From: Alphaproteobacteria bacterium
GTDB lineage: Bacteria > Pseudomonadota > Alphaproteobacteria > UBA2966
Assembly: GCA_964291395.2 (NCBI GenBank)
Contig: OZ219856.1
Location: 608,001-672,000, forward strand
Length of the DNA: 64,000 nucleotides
Direction of reading: 5' to 3'
Position numbers and translations under genes: made by a program. The notes beneath the pieces were generated by a model that was given only the letters and a program-made list of their open reading frames with translations, was not told where the DNA came from and did no database searches. Below are positions 44,844 to 54,664 of this stretch, in pieces (the stretch's first letter is position 1; every line of letters starts with the position of its first letter).

Positions 44844-45660
44844 TCACGCCCGCCGTGAACCGCTCTGGACGAACCACCACCGTTCCGTGCACTTGAAGCC
44901 GTCCATCGACCAGTTCGCCGCCATCTGCCCGTGGCCGATCTTGTCGGAGAGGCCCGTGACGTAGTTGGCGAACATCGGCACGAGAACACCGCCGTCGTCT
45001 CTGACGATCGCCTGCATCTCCTCATACATGCCGCGGCGCTTCGTCTCGTCCAACTCCGCCCTCGCGGTCAGCAATAGCTCGTTGAACCTGTCGTGCTTCC
45101 AGAAACCGTCGTTCCAGTTCGCGTCCGCCGAATAGGCGGTCGAGAACATCCAATCCTCGGCCGCCCGCCCCAGTACACCGCGCAATAGGGCTTCTTCATC
45201 CAGACGTTGGCCCAATAGCCATCGTCAGGCTCACGGACCACGTTGATGTTGATGCCGGCCTTGGCCGCGTGCTCCTTGTAGAGAACGGCGGCGTGTCGGT
45301 CCGCATCGTGAACGCGTAGTGTTGCGTGCCGCTGGTCTCGACGATCTTGATGCCCTTGCGGCGCTTGAGCAGGTGCGCCGTCTTGAGATCGACCCGGTCC
45401 ATGGCGTCGGTCTCGCCCGTGGTCAGCGCGCTGGTGCGCGCCGCCACGACGTCGTTGGCGTCGACGGTCTTGCCGTTGTGAAACTCTACGCCGCGGCGCA
45501 GGTTGAATTTCCACGTCCTGGCGTCGTCCGAAACGTCGAACCCCTCCGCGAGTTCGGGGAGCAGGTCGCCGTTCTGGCCGACCTCCATCAGGTTGCTGCG
45601 GGCGGCGCTGCCCACGACCTGCCTGTAGAGGTTCTCGAACGTCGCGGATCGAGCGAGTCC
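44844..45660 (-). pseudogene. Degraded family-5 ABC solute-binding protein
   Basis: Fragments LLPELAE..W.FNLRRGVEFHNGK, REPDDGYWANVWMKKP, MFSTAY...ERWWF; internal deletions and no permease genes. Confidence 0.75.
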
Positions 45661-45761
45661 GTGGTCGATCCGTGTCCCAGTCCACAACGGAAGCGGCCAA
45701 TCGATGTGCTGCGAAAACCGGCAAATCTAATTGCTAGCGACAGGCCGCTTTGAAGCAGGAG

Positions 45762-45788
45762 CGTCGCAATCGGAAGGGCAGGGGTCGC
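45762..45788 (+). promoter_or_regulatory. Putative GlxA-family AraC regulator binding site
   Basis: CGTCGC-N15-GGTCGC direct repeat (21-bp period), with a further TGTCGC at 45824, between the ABC remnant and the metF-like gene. Confidence 0.5.
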
Positions 45789-45871
45789 GCACGGGGCAGT
45801 ATGCGGACGGTCTTCGATTATTTTGTCGCCGCTTCGGGCGATGACGGTCCGGACTCGTCCATCTCCGTCGA

Positions 45872-46843
45872 ATGAGGTGTGCCATGGTGGTCTTGTTTCC
45901 GGCGAGCCCGATCTGGGGACGCGATGGAGAGGCACATGTGCGGGAGCCGGACGGGCTGCGCGCGCTGCTCGAGAACCGCTCCATCGAAGTGACCCCCGCG
46001 CAGGCCTCCGATAACGCCGTCGACCAATTCCTTGCACGGGAAACACGCGTCTTCGTCCCCTGGCTGCCGGGCGCCGTGGCGGATGAGACGATCGCCGCTG
46101 CGGTCGCACTGCGGGAGCGGGGCATGGTGCCGGTCCCCCACATCGCGGCGCGGGGAATGCCGGATGCCGGCTCATTGGATCGGCTGTTGCGGCGTTTGAG
46201 GTCCGAGGCGGCGGTCGATCAGCTTCTCGTCATTGGCGGCGATGTCACATCGCCGAGGGGCCCTTTCGGTTCCGCCTTGCAGCTTCTCGAAACCGGTCTG
46301 CTGTCCGAACACCGCATCACGCGTGTCGGCATCGGCGGATATCCCGAAGGTCATCCTCACGTCTCCGACGGTGAACTACTGGACGCGTTGATTCGAAAGC
46401 AGGATCACTCTGTGCGAGCAGGACTCGACGTGTTCGTGATCACCCAGTTCGCCTTCGGTGCCGCGCCCGTGATCGATTGGCTGCGGCGGGTGCGTGCGAC
46501 CGGCGTGCGCTTGCCCGTTCACGTGGGCGTGCCCGGCCCGGCCCGCGTCGGCACCTTGATGCGCTATGCGAAGATGTGCGGTATCGGCCCCTCCGTGAGA
46601 CTGCTGTTGCGCCACGGCAAGGGGTTTGCCAGCGCGGCGCGCGTAGCGGATTCCAGCCGCATGGTCCTCGACCTCGCGGCGTACGCTGCCGCACACCCGG
46701 AGGTCGGGCTCGGTTCCCTGCACATCTATCCGTTCGGTGGGCTGAAGCGCACCGCTGGCTGGATCGAGAGCCTTGCGTCCATGTCGGAGGATCGGTGTCA
46801 GGCCCGCGCAAACGACGGATGTGGGATTCCCCAACCGTTCTAA
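45872..46843 (+). CDS. Methylenetetrahydrofolate reductase-like protein
   Basis: SIEVTP, PVPHIAAR, LVIGGD, GYPEGHP, ITQFAF, HIYPFGG motifs; start uncertain. Confidence 0.8.
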   Translation: MRCAMVVLFPASPIWGRDGEAHVREPDGLRALLENRSIEVTPAQASDNAVDQFLARETRVFVPWLPGAVADETIAAAVALRERGMVPVPHIAARGMPDAGSLDRLLRRLRSEAAVDQLLVIGGDVTSPRGPFGSALQLLETGLLSEHRITRVGIGGYPEGHPHVSDGELLDALIRKQDHSVRAGLDVFVITQFAFGAAPVIDWLRRVRATGVRLPVHVGVPGPARVGTLMRYAKMCGIGPSVRLLLRHGKGFASAARVADSSRMVLDLAAYAAAHPEVGLGSLHIYPFGGLKRTAGWIESLASMSEDRCQARANDGCGIPQPF

Positions 46844-47826
46844 AGGCCGTTGACCCGCGCCTGACGTGGTGTCACGCCGTAAAACTGCCGGTAGCACTTG
46901 GCGAAGTGCGAGGCGGAGACGAATCCGCAGGCCATCGCCACGTCGACGATGGCCATGTCGGTATGCAGCAGTAGCTTGCGCGCCCGGTCGAGACGCAGTT
47001 GCATGTAGTAGCGGTTGGGAGGGCGCCCCACGTGCCGCTGGAACAAGCGCTCCAGCTGGCGGCGGGAAACACCGACGGCCGCCGCGAGCTCCTCCTGGGA
47101 GAGCGGCTCTTCGAGATGGGTTTCCATCATGTGGATGGAATCGATCAGCTTGCGGTTGTCGACGCCGAGGCGGACGGCCAGGGGCATGCGCTGGTGGTCC
47201 TGTCCTCCGCGCACGCGGTCGAGGATGCATTCCTCGGAGACGCGGGTCGCCAACTCCTCGCCGTGCTCCGCGCGGATGAGATGGAGCATCAGGTCAAGAG
47301 CCGCCGTTCCGCCGGAACAGGTGAAGCGGTTGCCGTCGATCTCGAACAGATCGTCGGTGACTTCGATGTCCGGGTAGGTCTCCCGGAAGCTCGGAATGTT
47401 TTCCCAATGCAGGGTACAGACCTTGCCTTCGAGCAAACCGGCGCGGGCCAGCACGTGCGCGGCCGTGCATAACGCCCCGATATCGGTGCCCTGGCGGTCA
47501 AGGCGCCGCAGCCACGCGAATGTGTCCGGATTGTTGTAGACCTCGGCGCCGACTCCGCTGACCAGGATGAGAGTCGGAATCTGCCGTATCGCCATCCCGC
47601 TATCGATCTCGGATATGGCGAAATGGGGATTGACCGAGATTCCGTTGCTGGCGGTGACGGGACCCCCGTCGCCGGAAATGAGCATCCACTCGTAGAGGGC
47701 CTTTTCGCTGAGGCGGTTGGCCAGGCGCAACGGCTCGATCGCCGACGCGAAGGCGATCATCGAGAAGCTCGGGACCATGAAGAACCCGATGACCTCAGGC
47801 GTTTTTCCGGACGGTACCCCGAACAT
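46840..47826 (-). CDS. GlxA family (GATase1-AraC; GbdR/CdhR-like) transcriptional regulator
   Basis: FSMIAFASAIEPLRLANR, CTLHWEN, TCSGGTAALD, SRRQLERLF, GFVSASHFAKCYR motifs. Confidence 0.93.
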   Translation of the reverse strand: MFGVPSGKTPEVIGFFMVPSFSMIAFASAIEPLRLANRLSEKALYEWMLISGDGGPVTASNGISVNPHFAISEIDSGMAIRQIPTLILVSGVGAEVYNNPDTFAWLRRLDRQGTDIGALCTAAHVLARAGLLEGKVCTLHWENIPSFRETYPDIEVTDDLFEIDGNRFTCSGGTAALDLMLHLIRAEHGEELATRVSEECILDRVRGGQDHQRMPLAVRLGVDNRKLIDSIHMMETHLEEPLSQEELAAAVGVSRRQLERLFQRHVGRPPNRYYMQLRLDRARKLLLHTDMAIVDVAMACGFVSASHFAKCYRQFYGVTPRQARVNGL

Positions 47827-48006
47827 CGCTTCACCGGCCTGCGGATTTCACGGTCTGGCCCTCAGGGCCGCGGAAAAAGTAGAGCAAAAACAGGCGGGTG
47901 CGTAGCGAAATGTTTTCCAACGACTTGTTCCGCTCGGGGCTCGACAGCATCATCGGGATGAGACACGAATGGGTTCGGCTGTAGTCTGGAACGGTCCCTC
48001 GATCCG

Positions 48007-48924
48007 ATGCATCCCGGTGGGGGCACGGTTGTGACGGAACCGCCCGGAGGACACTTGTTCGACACGGCCTTCAGAAGATCGCTGCTTCTCCTGTGCATCG
48101 GATCGAGCGTCATGTGCGCGGCGATGGGCGTCTGGTACTGGATGACGTCGGGAACGACGTTCGCGGAACTGGCAACCGCTCGGGGCATGGACCCGGACGA
48201 GTACTGGCGGCCGGAGTTCGCCTATGCCGTGACGGTGGCGGCCTTGGGCGGCCTGCTCAATGGTTTCACCGGCTTCGGATCAAGCCTCGTCATGATTCCG
48301 TTGCTTACGTTCGTCTACGGTCCGGCGGAAGCCATCGCCGTCGGCATCGGCCTCGCCACCCTCGGATACGTATTGCTGCTTCCCGAAGCGATGCGTGACG
48401 CGGACTGGCCGGACGTCATTCCGGCGAGCCTCATGGGGTTCGTCTTTGTTCCCATCGGCATCTTCCTCCTGTTCGTCGTCGATCCCGGCGTCACCCGGCG
48501 TCTGATGGGCGCAATCGTCATTCTGGTCGCGCTCGTCATGATTCGCGGCTGGAACTACGACGGTCGCCGCAACATGCTGACAAGTGCGGCGGCCGGGTCG
48601 TTCACGGGCTTCACCACGGGTTTCTTCGGCATGGGCGCCCCGGGGGCGAGCATCTACTATCTGTCGGGACGCATCGGAGCTGCCGTTCAGCGCGCCAATA
48701 TCCTGATCGTCCTCGGGGTCATGGCGGCCCTCACCATGGTTGGGGTCACGCTCGCAGGCGGTGCGGATTGGGGCTCACTCGTTCTCGGCGTTTTGCTGAT
48801 CCCGCCGTTCGCATTGCCCACGTGGCTCGGCGCCTGGTTGTTCAGACGGACATCCAACGAGGTCTACCGCCAGGCGTGCTTGTGGCTGCTGATCGTCATG
48901 GGCCTCGCGGTGATCTTCCTGTAG
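48007..48924 (+). CDS. Sulfite exporter TauE/SafE family protein
   Basis: GLLNGFTGFGSSLVMIPLL and G...GFFGMGAP repeat motifs; multi-TM. Start uncertain. Confidence 0.8.
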   Translation: MHPGGGTVVTEPPGGHLFDTAFRRSLLLLCIGSSVMCAAMGVWYWMTSGTTFAELATARGMDPDEYWRPEFAYAVTVAALGGLLNGFTGFGSSLVMIPLLTFVYGPAEAIAVGIGLATLGYVLLLPEAMRDADWPDVIPASLMGFVFVPIGIFLLFVVDPGVTRRLMGAIVILVALVMIRGWNYDGRRNMLTSAAAGSFTGFTTGFFGMGAPGASIYYLSGRIGAAVQRANILIVLGVMAALTMVGVTLAGGADWGSLVLGVLLIPPFALPTWLGAWLFRRTSNEVYRQACLWLLIVMGLAVIFL

Positions 48925-48986
48925 CGTGGTGCGCGCCATAGCTGGCAGAATTAAGCGACCGACCTGCCGGTCGGCGTGCTCCGTTC

Positions 48987-49919
48987 ATGGCCGTCATCGT
49001 AGAAGTCATCCTGCCGATCTTCGCTATCATGCTGGCGGGTTATGTGGCTGCACGTACCCGCTTGCTCATGGAGGATGCCAGCGAAGCCATAAGCCAATTC
49101 GTCTATTACGCGGCGGGCCCGGCCCTGGCCTTCATTTCCCTGTACCGCACGTCCCTTGAGGAATTCTTCAACTGGGCGTTCCTCGGCGCGCTTGGTGGCG
49201 GCATGGCGGTGACCTTGTGCTTCAGCCTGCTGGTCGCCGTTCGCTTCTTTCCGGGAAGTCTCACCGCTTACGGCCTGCACGGCATGTGCACCATGTATCC
49301 GAGCACTGGCTACGTCGGCATTCCGCTGCTGCTCATCGCCTTTGGCGACGCGGCCCTCGTCCCGGCGATCATCGGCGCCGTCATTACCGGGGCATTCTTC
49401 CTACCCATATCCATCATCTTCGCCGAGATCGACCGGGGCAAAGGCCGATCCCGAAATCTGCTCCGGCCCTTTGCCGGCGCGTTGGCGAGCCCTCTGGTGA
49501 TAGCGGCGGTGGCCGGTCTCGGGGCCTCGGGCAGCGGCCTGCAGTTGCCGACCGCGGCCGTTACCTTCTTCGACATGCTGAGCGGTGCCTTCGGGCCGTG
49601 CGCCCTGTTCGCCGCCGGGCTCTTCATGGGTGGCCGCAAGGTTCAGGCCGACCTGAAGGAGGTGACATGGCTGGTGGTCGTGAAGCTGGCGATACAACCT
49701 CTGATAACCTGGTGGCTGGCACATCAGGTTTTCGGCCTCGACGGTATCTGGGCGGCAGCAGCCGTCATCCATGCCGCTCTTCCCACGGGCGTGCCGGTAT
49801 TCGTCGTGGCACAACGTTACGGCACTTATGTCGAACGCTCGGCCGCGGTCGTGGTTGTCTCGACCGCGATTTCGGTATTCACCCTGTCGGCGTTGCTGAT
49901 CATACTGGACGTGAAATAG
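48987..49919 (+). CDS. AEC family transporter
   Basis: ILPIFAIMLAGY, FVYYAAGPAL, GYVGIPL, KLAIQPL, ALPTG motifs. Confidence 0.88.
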   Translation: MAVIVEVILPIFAIMLAGYVAARTRLLMEDASEAISQFVYYAAGPALAFISLYRTSLEEFFNWAFLGALGGGMAVTLCFSLLVAVRFFPGSLTAYGLHGMCTMYPSTGYVGIPLLLIAFGDAALVPAIIGAVITGAFFLPISIIFAEIDRGKGRSRNLLRPFAGALASPLVIAAVAGLGASGSGLQLPTAAVTFFDMLSGAFGPCALFAAGLFMGGRKVQADLKEVTWLVVVKLAIQPLITWWLAHQVFGLDGIWAAAAVIHAALPTGVPVFVVAQRYGTYVERSAAVVVVSTAISVFTLSALLIILDVK

Positions 49920-50152
49920 CCGCATGCGCCCCAGGTGCAGTCGGGGCCGTCTGCCCGAAGGGCGGGGCGCGAAGGTCGTGTCATTGGATTTCGGTCGGCT
50001 GTACCCTCCAGACCGTTGTCATTGCCTGCGACGATTGGGCGGCGCAATCCGAATAGGGAACGTCGCGCAAGGACAAGTCCGAGGCAGAGTTGGGCTCAAG
50101 GATGCTGACGCCGCATGAGGCGGTGGAGCCCGCGTATCGGGGGAGGACGGCG

Positions 50153-52597
50153 ATGAAGTCTGAGGCGCGAGTCGTGGTGATCGGTGGCGGCGTGAACGGG
50201 GTCAGCGTCCTCTACCACCTGGCCAAGAAGGGGTGGACGGACGTCGTCCTGCTCGAGCGGACGGAGCTGACGGCGGGTTCGACTTGGCACGCGGCCGGTC
50301 TCTTGCCCCTCTTCAACATGAGCTATTCGGTCGGTCAGCTGCACCAGTATTCGGTGGAGCTCTACAAGACCCTGGAGGAAGAGACGGGCCAGGACGTGGG
50401 ATTCCACGTCAACGGCAATCTCCGCCTGGCGACCAACCGCGACCGCATGGACGAATACCGCAGCTACCAGTGCACGGCGGAGACCATCGGTGTCGACTGC
50501 CACCTCATCGGGGTCGACGAGATCAAGAAGCTCTGGCCGCTCTGCAACACGGAAGGTCTGGTGGGCGCGCTCTGGCATCCGACCGACGGACACATCGCCC
50601 CGGCCGATGTCACCATGGCCATGGCACGCGGCGCCCGTAACATGGGCGCGGAGATTCACCAGCAGACCGAAGTGACGGGAATCGAGCGCTCCGAATCGCT
50701 CGAATGGATCGTCAAGACGGTGCAAGGGAACATCCGCTGTGAGCACGTCGTGTGCGCGACCGGCAATTACGCCCGCCGGACCGCGAGCTGGGTGGGTCTC
50801 GAAATCCCCTCCGTGCCCGTCGAGCACCAGTACATCGTCACCGACGAGGTGCCCGAACTGAGGGCGTACCGCGAGGCCGGAAACGGCGAGCTGCCGGTGC
50901 TGCGCGAATCGGACGCCTCCTACTATTTCCGCGAGGAGCGGATGGGCTGGTTGCTCGGTCCCTACGAGCGCGGCGCGCCGGCCTGCTTCGTCGACGGGGT
51001 TCCTGCGACCTTCGAGAAGGATCTGTTTCCAGGCGATCTCGATCGCCTGCTGCCTCACGTGGAGGCCGCGGCCCGGCGCGTGCCCTCTTTTGAGAACGCC
51101 GGCATCAAGCAGATCATCAATGGGCCGATCCCTTATACGCCCGATGGCAATCCGATGGTCGGGCCGGCCTTCGGGCTTCCCAACTTCTGGCTCTCCGAAG
51201 GCCACAGTTTCGGGATCACCGCGGCTGGCGGCGGCGGCTGGCAGGTCGCCGAATGGATGATCGAGGGCGAGCCCAGCGTCGATATGATTGGCGTGGATCC
51301 GCGGCGATTCGGGGTGGTTTCCAAGAATTTCGCCAAGCTCAAGAACACGGAAGCCTACGAGCACGTTTTCATCATCCACTATCCGATGGAGGAACGCCCC
51401 GGGTGCCGTCCGGCAAAGGCGCCGCCCAGCTACGAGCGGATGGACCGCATGGGCGCGGTGTGGGGCCAGCGATTCGGCTGGGAGCGACCGAACTGGTTCG
51501 CACCGGAGGGGGTCGAGCGCAAGGACGCGTATTCCTTCCGCCGGTCCAATTGGTTCGAGCACGTCGGCAACGAGGTGCACGCGACCCGGGACCGGGCGGG
51601 ACTCATCGAGCTGTCGTCGTTCTCCAAGTTCGAAGCCGAAGGCCCCGGGGTGCGGGAGTGGCTGGATCGCCTCGTCGCCAACAACATCCCCAGAGGCGTC
51701 GGCCGCATTTCGCTCGCCCACGCCCTCAACCCGTCGGGCTCGATCCGGTCCGAGTTCACCATCACCCGCCTCTCCGACGGTCCCTGGGGCGAGCGTTTCT
51801 TCCTCGTGAGCGCAGGCGCCGCGCACGACTATGACCTCGACTTTCTCACGAAGCTGCTCCCCGGGGACGGCTCGGTTTATCTCAAGGATGTGACGACGCA
51901 GTACGGGGTGTTCGTTCTTGCCGGTCCGGAGGCGCGCAATATCCTGCAGCGGCTGGCGGACGCCGATGTCTCGAACGAGGCGTTTCCCTGGCTGACCGCC
52001 CGGGAGATTCCCGTCGGTTTCTGCCCCAGCGTGCGGACCTTGCGGGTGAACTTCGTGGGATCTCTGGGATGGGAGCTTCACCACCCGATCGAGTACCACA
52101 ACCACCTGTTCGACGCATTGATGGAGGCGGGTGAGGCTCAGGGCATCGGTCTCGTCGGGATGCGGGCGATGGACTCCATGCGCCTCGAGAAGTCGTATCG
52201 GCTGTGGGGAACCGACCTCAATCAGGAGAACACCATCTTCGAGGCCGGTCTCGAACGGTTCGTCCGGTTGAACAAACCGGCCTTCACGGGTCAGGAGGCG
52301 TTGATCGAGCAACGGCGGGCCGGCGTTCCCAACACTTTCTGCACGATCGAGATCGACGCAGACGACGCGGACTCGTTCGGCAACGAGCCGGTCTTCATGG
52401 ACGACGAGGTCGTCGGACGAGGAACCGCGGGCGGCTACGGCCACTACGTCAAGAAATCCCTCATGCTCGGATACGTCCGCTCCGATGCGGCGAAAGTCGG
52501 TCGCGACTGCCGAGTCCGGGTGCTCGATCAATTGCGCCCGGCGCGGATCATCTCCGACAGCCCTTACGATCCGGAAAACGCGGCCCTGCGTGCGTAA
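50153..52597 (+). CDS. Dimethylglycine dehydrogenase-like FAD oxidoreductase (GcvT family)
   Basis: VIGGGVNG, LTAGSTWHAAG, INGPIPYTPDG, GWERPNWF, SMRLEKSY, PYDPENA motifs; GGAGG RBS. Confidence 0.9.
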   Translation: MKSEARVVVIGGGVNGVSVLYHLAKKGWTDVVLLERTELTAGSTWHAAGLLPLFNMSYSVGQLHQYSVELYKTLEEETGQDVGFHVNGNLRLATNRDRMDEYRSYQCTAETIGVDCHLIGVDEIKKLWPLCNTEGLVGALWHPTDGHIAPADVTMAMARGARNMGAEIHQQTEVTGIERSESLEWIVKTVQGNIRCEHVVCATGNYARRTASWVGLEIPSVPVEHQYIVTDEVPELRAYREAGNGELPVLRESDASYYFREERMGWLLGPYERGAPACFVDGVPATFEKDLFPGDLDRLLPHVEAAARRVPSFENAGIKQIINGPIPYTPDGNPMVGPAFGLPNFWLSEGHSFGITAAGGGGWQVAEWMIEGEPSVDMIGVDPRRFGVVSKNFAKLKNTEAYEHVFIIHYPMEERPGCRPAKAPPSYERMDRMGAVWGQRFGWERPNWFAPEGVERKDAYSFRRSNWFEHVGNEVHATRDRAGLIELSSFSKFEAEGPGVREWLDRLVANNIPRGVGRISLAHALNPSGSIRSEFTITRLSDGPWGERFFLVSAGAAHDYDLDFLTKLLPGDGSVYLKDVTTQYGVFVLAGPEARNILQRLADADVSNEAFPWLTAREIPVGFCPSVRTLRVNFVGSLGWELHHPIEYHNHLFDALMEAGEAQGIGLVGMRAMDSMRLEKSYRLWGTDLNQENTIFEAGLERFVRLNKPAFTGQEALIEQRRAGVPNTFCTIEIDADDADSFGNEPVFMDDEVVGRGTAGGYGHYVKKSLMLGYVRSDAAKVGRDCRVRVLDQLRPARIISDSPYDPENAALRA

Positions 52598-52796
52598 AGC
52601 GAACCGTGCGTCGGTCATGGCTGGGGCGCTTGGGCTCAGGGCGCCATAGAGGCCGCGCCGCGGCCCGCCCCCCGGCGCGCCCACGCGTCCTGGACCGCGG
52701 TTGCAGCCCGCGCCGCGCCGCCGTAACCTTTTCGGCGATTGCGGCGGGACCGATTGCCAAGTCGTGGCCGATGGATGGAACCGGAGGGACGCATCG

Positions 52797-52970
52797 ATGA
52801 GCGACGGAAACCAGAATGGTGGCGAGGACGGCGGTGGAGAAGGCCGGGACCCTCGAGATCAATCCTTCCTGAGCCGGCACGGGTGCCTCATCACGATCGT
52901 CGTCGTCTTGCTCATCGGCGCGGCGGCGGGTCTGTGGGGATTCATCTCATGGCTCGAACGCGGGAATTGA
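52797..52970 (+). CDS. Small single-pass membrane protein (57 aa)
   Basis: GGAGGG RBS; acidic/Gly N-terminus, then TM helix GCLITIVVVLLIGAAAGLWGFISW. Confidence 0.55.
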   Translation: MSDGNQNGGEDGGGEGRDPRDQSFLSRHGCLITIVVVLLIGAAAGLWGFISWLERGN

Positions 52971-52998
52971 TCTTGGCCAAACGGTCTCCGTTTCCGGC

Positions 52999-54042
52999 GT
53001 GAAGGTATCCGTCCGCACGCGCGGCGAGTCGTTCGAATTCGATTGCGCCGAGGGGGAGAAGATCCTCCATGCCGGCCTTCGTGCCGGTATCGGTCTCCCC
53101 TACGAGTGCGGCAGCGGCACCTGTGGAACCTGCAAGGCCGAGGTGGGCAAGGGCGAGATCGACGAGGGCTGGCTCGACGCGCCGGGCCGGGCCTACGTCA
53201 AATCCGAAAAATCGGAGTTCCTCATGTGCCAGGCCACGGCGCTCGGCGACTGCGCCATCGGCGTGCGCGCCAACGTCGCACGACTGGCCGGCGATATCCC
53301 GGTACCCGAGGCGATGACGGGGCGCATCACGAAAGTCGAAGGACTCACCCACGACGTTTGCCGCGTCGCGATCACGATCGACGGTCCGGTTTCCTTCAAC
53401 GCGGGCCAGTTCATGCTCGTCGGCACCGCGGCCGTGGAGGGCCAGCGTGCCTACTCGATGGCCGACTATCGAACCTCGACGGACCGACTCGCGTTCGTCG
53501 TCAAGCAGGTCCCGGAGGGCGGATTCACCGACTGGCTGTTCGCCGAGGACCGGACCGGAGCCGAGCTCAGTCTCTTCGGGCCGCTCGGCGTCGCGACCTA
53601 TGCACCTTCGTTGCCCAACGACCTCGTCTGCATCGCCGGCGGCTCGGGTCTCGCGCCGATGCTGTCGATACTCGACCACGCGATCGAGGCGGGACATTTC
53701 GAGGCTTACGAAGGGGATTTGTTCTTCGGTGTCCGCACGGAACGCGACATCTACCTTCTCGACCACCTCAAGGCCTACGCGGGCCATGATCCGGAGAGGC
53801 TGAGGGTTACGGTCGTCCTGTCGGATGCCGCGCCGACGGCGGAACTGGTGGCGGCACATCCGGAACTCCGGTTCGACGAGGGCTTCGTGCACGAAGCCGC
53901 GATGCGCCGCATGACCGGACGCTGGGACGGCGTGATGGCCTACCTCGCGGGCCCGCCGCCGATGGTCGACGCGACGCTGCGGGCCCTGGTCATGGAGGCG
54001 AGGTTGACTCCGTCGGCGATCCGTTACGACAAGTTCAGTTGA
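52999..54042 (+). CDS. 2Fe-2S/FAD/NAD oxygenase reductase (MsmD-like)
   Basis: EKILHAGL...LPYECGSGTCGTC...LMCQ ferredoxin domain, RAYSMA, IAGGSGLAP, YLAGPPPMV, YDKF. Confidence 0.88.
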   Translation: MKVSVRTRGESFEFDCAEGEKILHAGLRAGIGLPYECGSGTCGTCKAEVGKGEIDEGWLDAPGRAYVKSEKSEFLMCQATALGDCAIGVRANVARLAGDIPVPEAMTGRITKVEGLTHDVCRVAITIDGPVSFNAGQFMLVGTAAVEGQRAYSMADYRTSTDRLAFVVKQVPEGGFTDWLFAEDRTGAELSLFGPLGVATYAPSLPNDLVCIAGGSGLAPMLSILDHAIEAGHFEAYEGDLFFGVRTERDIYLLDHLKAYAGHDPERLRVTVVLSDAAPTAELVAAHPELRFDEGFVHEAAMRRMTGRWDGVMAYLAGPPPMVDATLRALVMEARLTPSAIRYDKFS

Positions 54043-54127
54043 GCCTTGCCGGAGGCGGCGGCCCGTTGTGAAGAGCAGGCCGGGCCGCTAGGTTCCGGCG
54101 GTGAACCAGGGCGCGGAGGTGATCCAC

Positions 54128-54457
54128 ATGAGCTGGCAACGGGTTTGCGCCGTCGACGATGTCGACGAAGAAGAACTGCACGAGTTCGAGATCGGCGATA
54201 TCACCATCCTCGTTGCCAACGCCGGCGGGGAATTCTTCGCCTATCCCCCGTTTTGTCCGCACCAGGAGACGCCGCTCTCCCTCGGCATGATCGACGGCGA
54301 TACGCTCACCTGCATCAAGCACCTCTGGCAGTGGAACATGAAGACCGGCGAGATGCGGGAGAATGCCGAGAGTCCGCTGCTCCTCTATGAGGTCAAGGTC
54401 GAGGACGGCGCCGTGCTCGTGAATCTGGAGAAAGAGCTCAGGTACGACTACCAATGA
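54128..54457 (+). CDS. Rieske ferredoxin (MsmC-like)
   Basis: PPFCPHQETPL...LTCIKHLWQWN...EL.YDY; GGAGGT RBS. Confidence 0.88.
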   Translation: MSWQRVCAVDDVDEEELHEFEIGDITILVANAGGEFFAYPPFCPHQETPLSLGMIDGDTLTCIKHLWQWNMKTGEMRENAESPLLLYEVKVEDGAVLVNLEKELRYDYQ

Positions 54458-54482
54458 CACGCGGGCCCGCAGAATGGTGCCG

Positions 54483-54554
54483 GCACCCCGCCCAACCCGG
54501 CGGGGCGAAGCGGGACAAGCCGAGACTAGGCGAGACTAGGCGAAAAAGGTTGTG
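54483..54554 (+). repeat. 72-bp intergenic repeat element, copy 2
   Basis: Contains 10-nt units cgggacaagc/cgagactagg/cgagactagg/cgaaaaaggt; inverted copy at 34304-34375. Confidence 0.85.
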
Positions 54555-54664
54555 TCGCCGTTCACCGCGATTGCGGCATTCTCCAGAATGTCGTATCGTT
54601 GCGCGTTAGGTCAGAATTATTGACCTAAGGATCGAGGAAACGCCTTACATTCCGGGGATTTAGC

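Noticed and set aside
54501-54550. 10-nt tandem units as a mini-CRISPR or iterons
   Set aside because: No spacers and no rep gene; treated as part of the 72-bp dispersed element.
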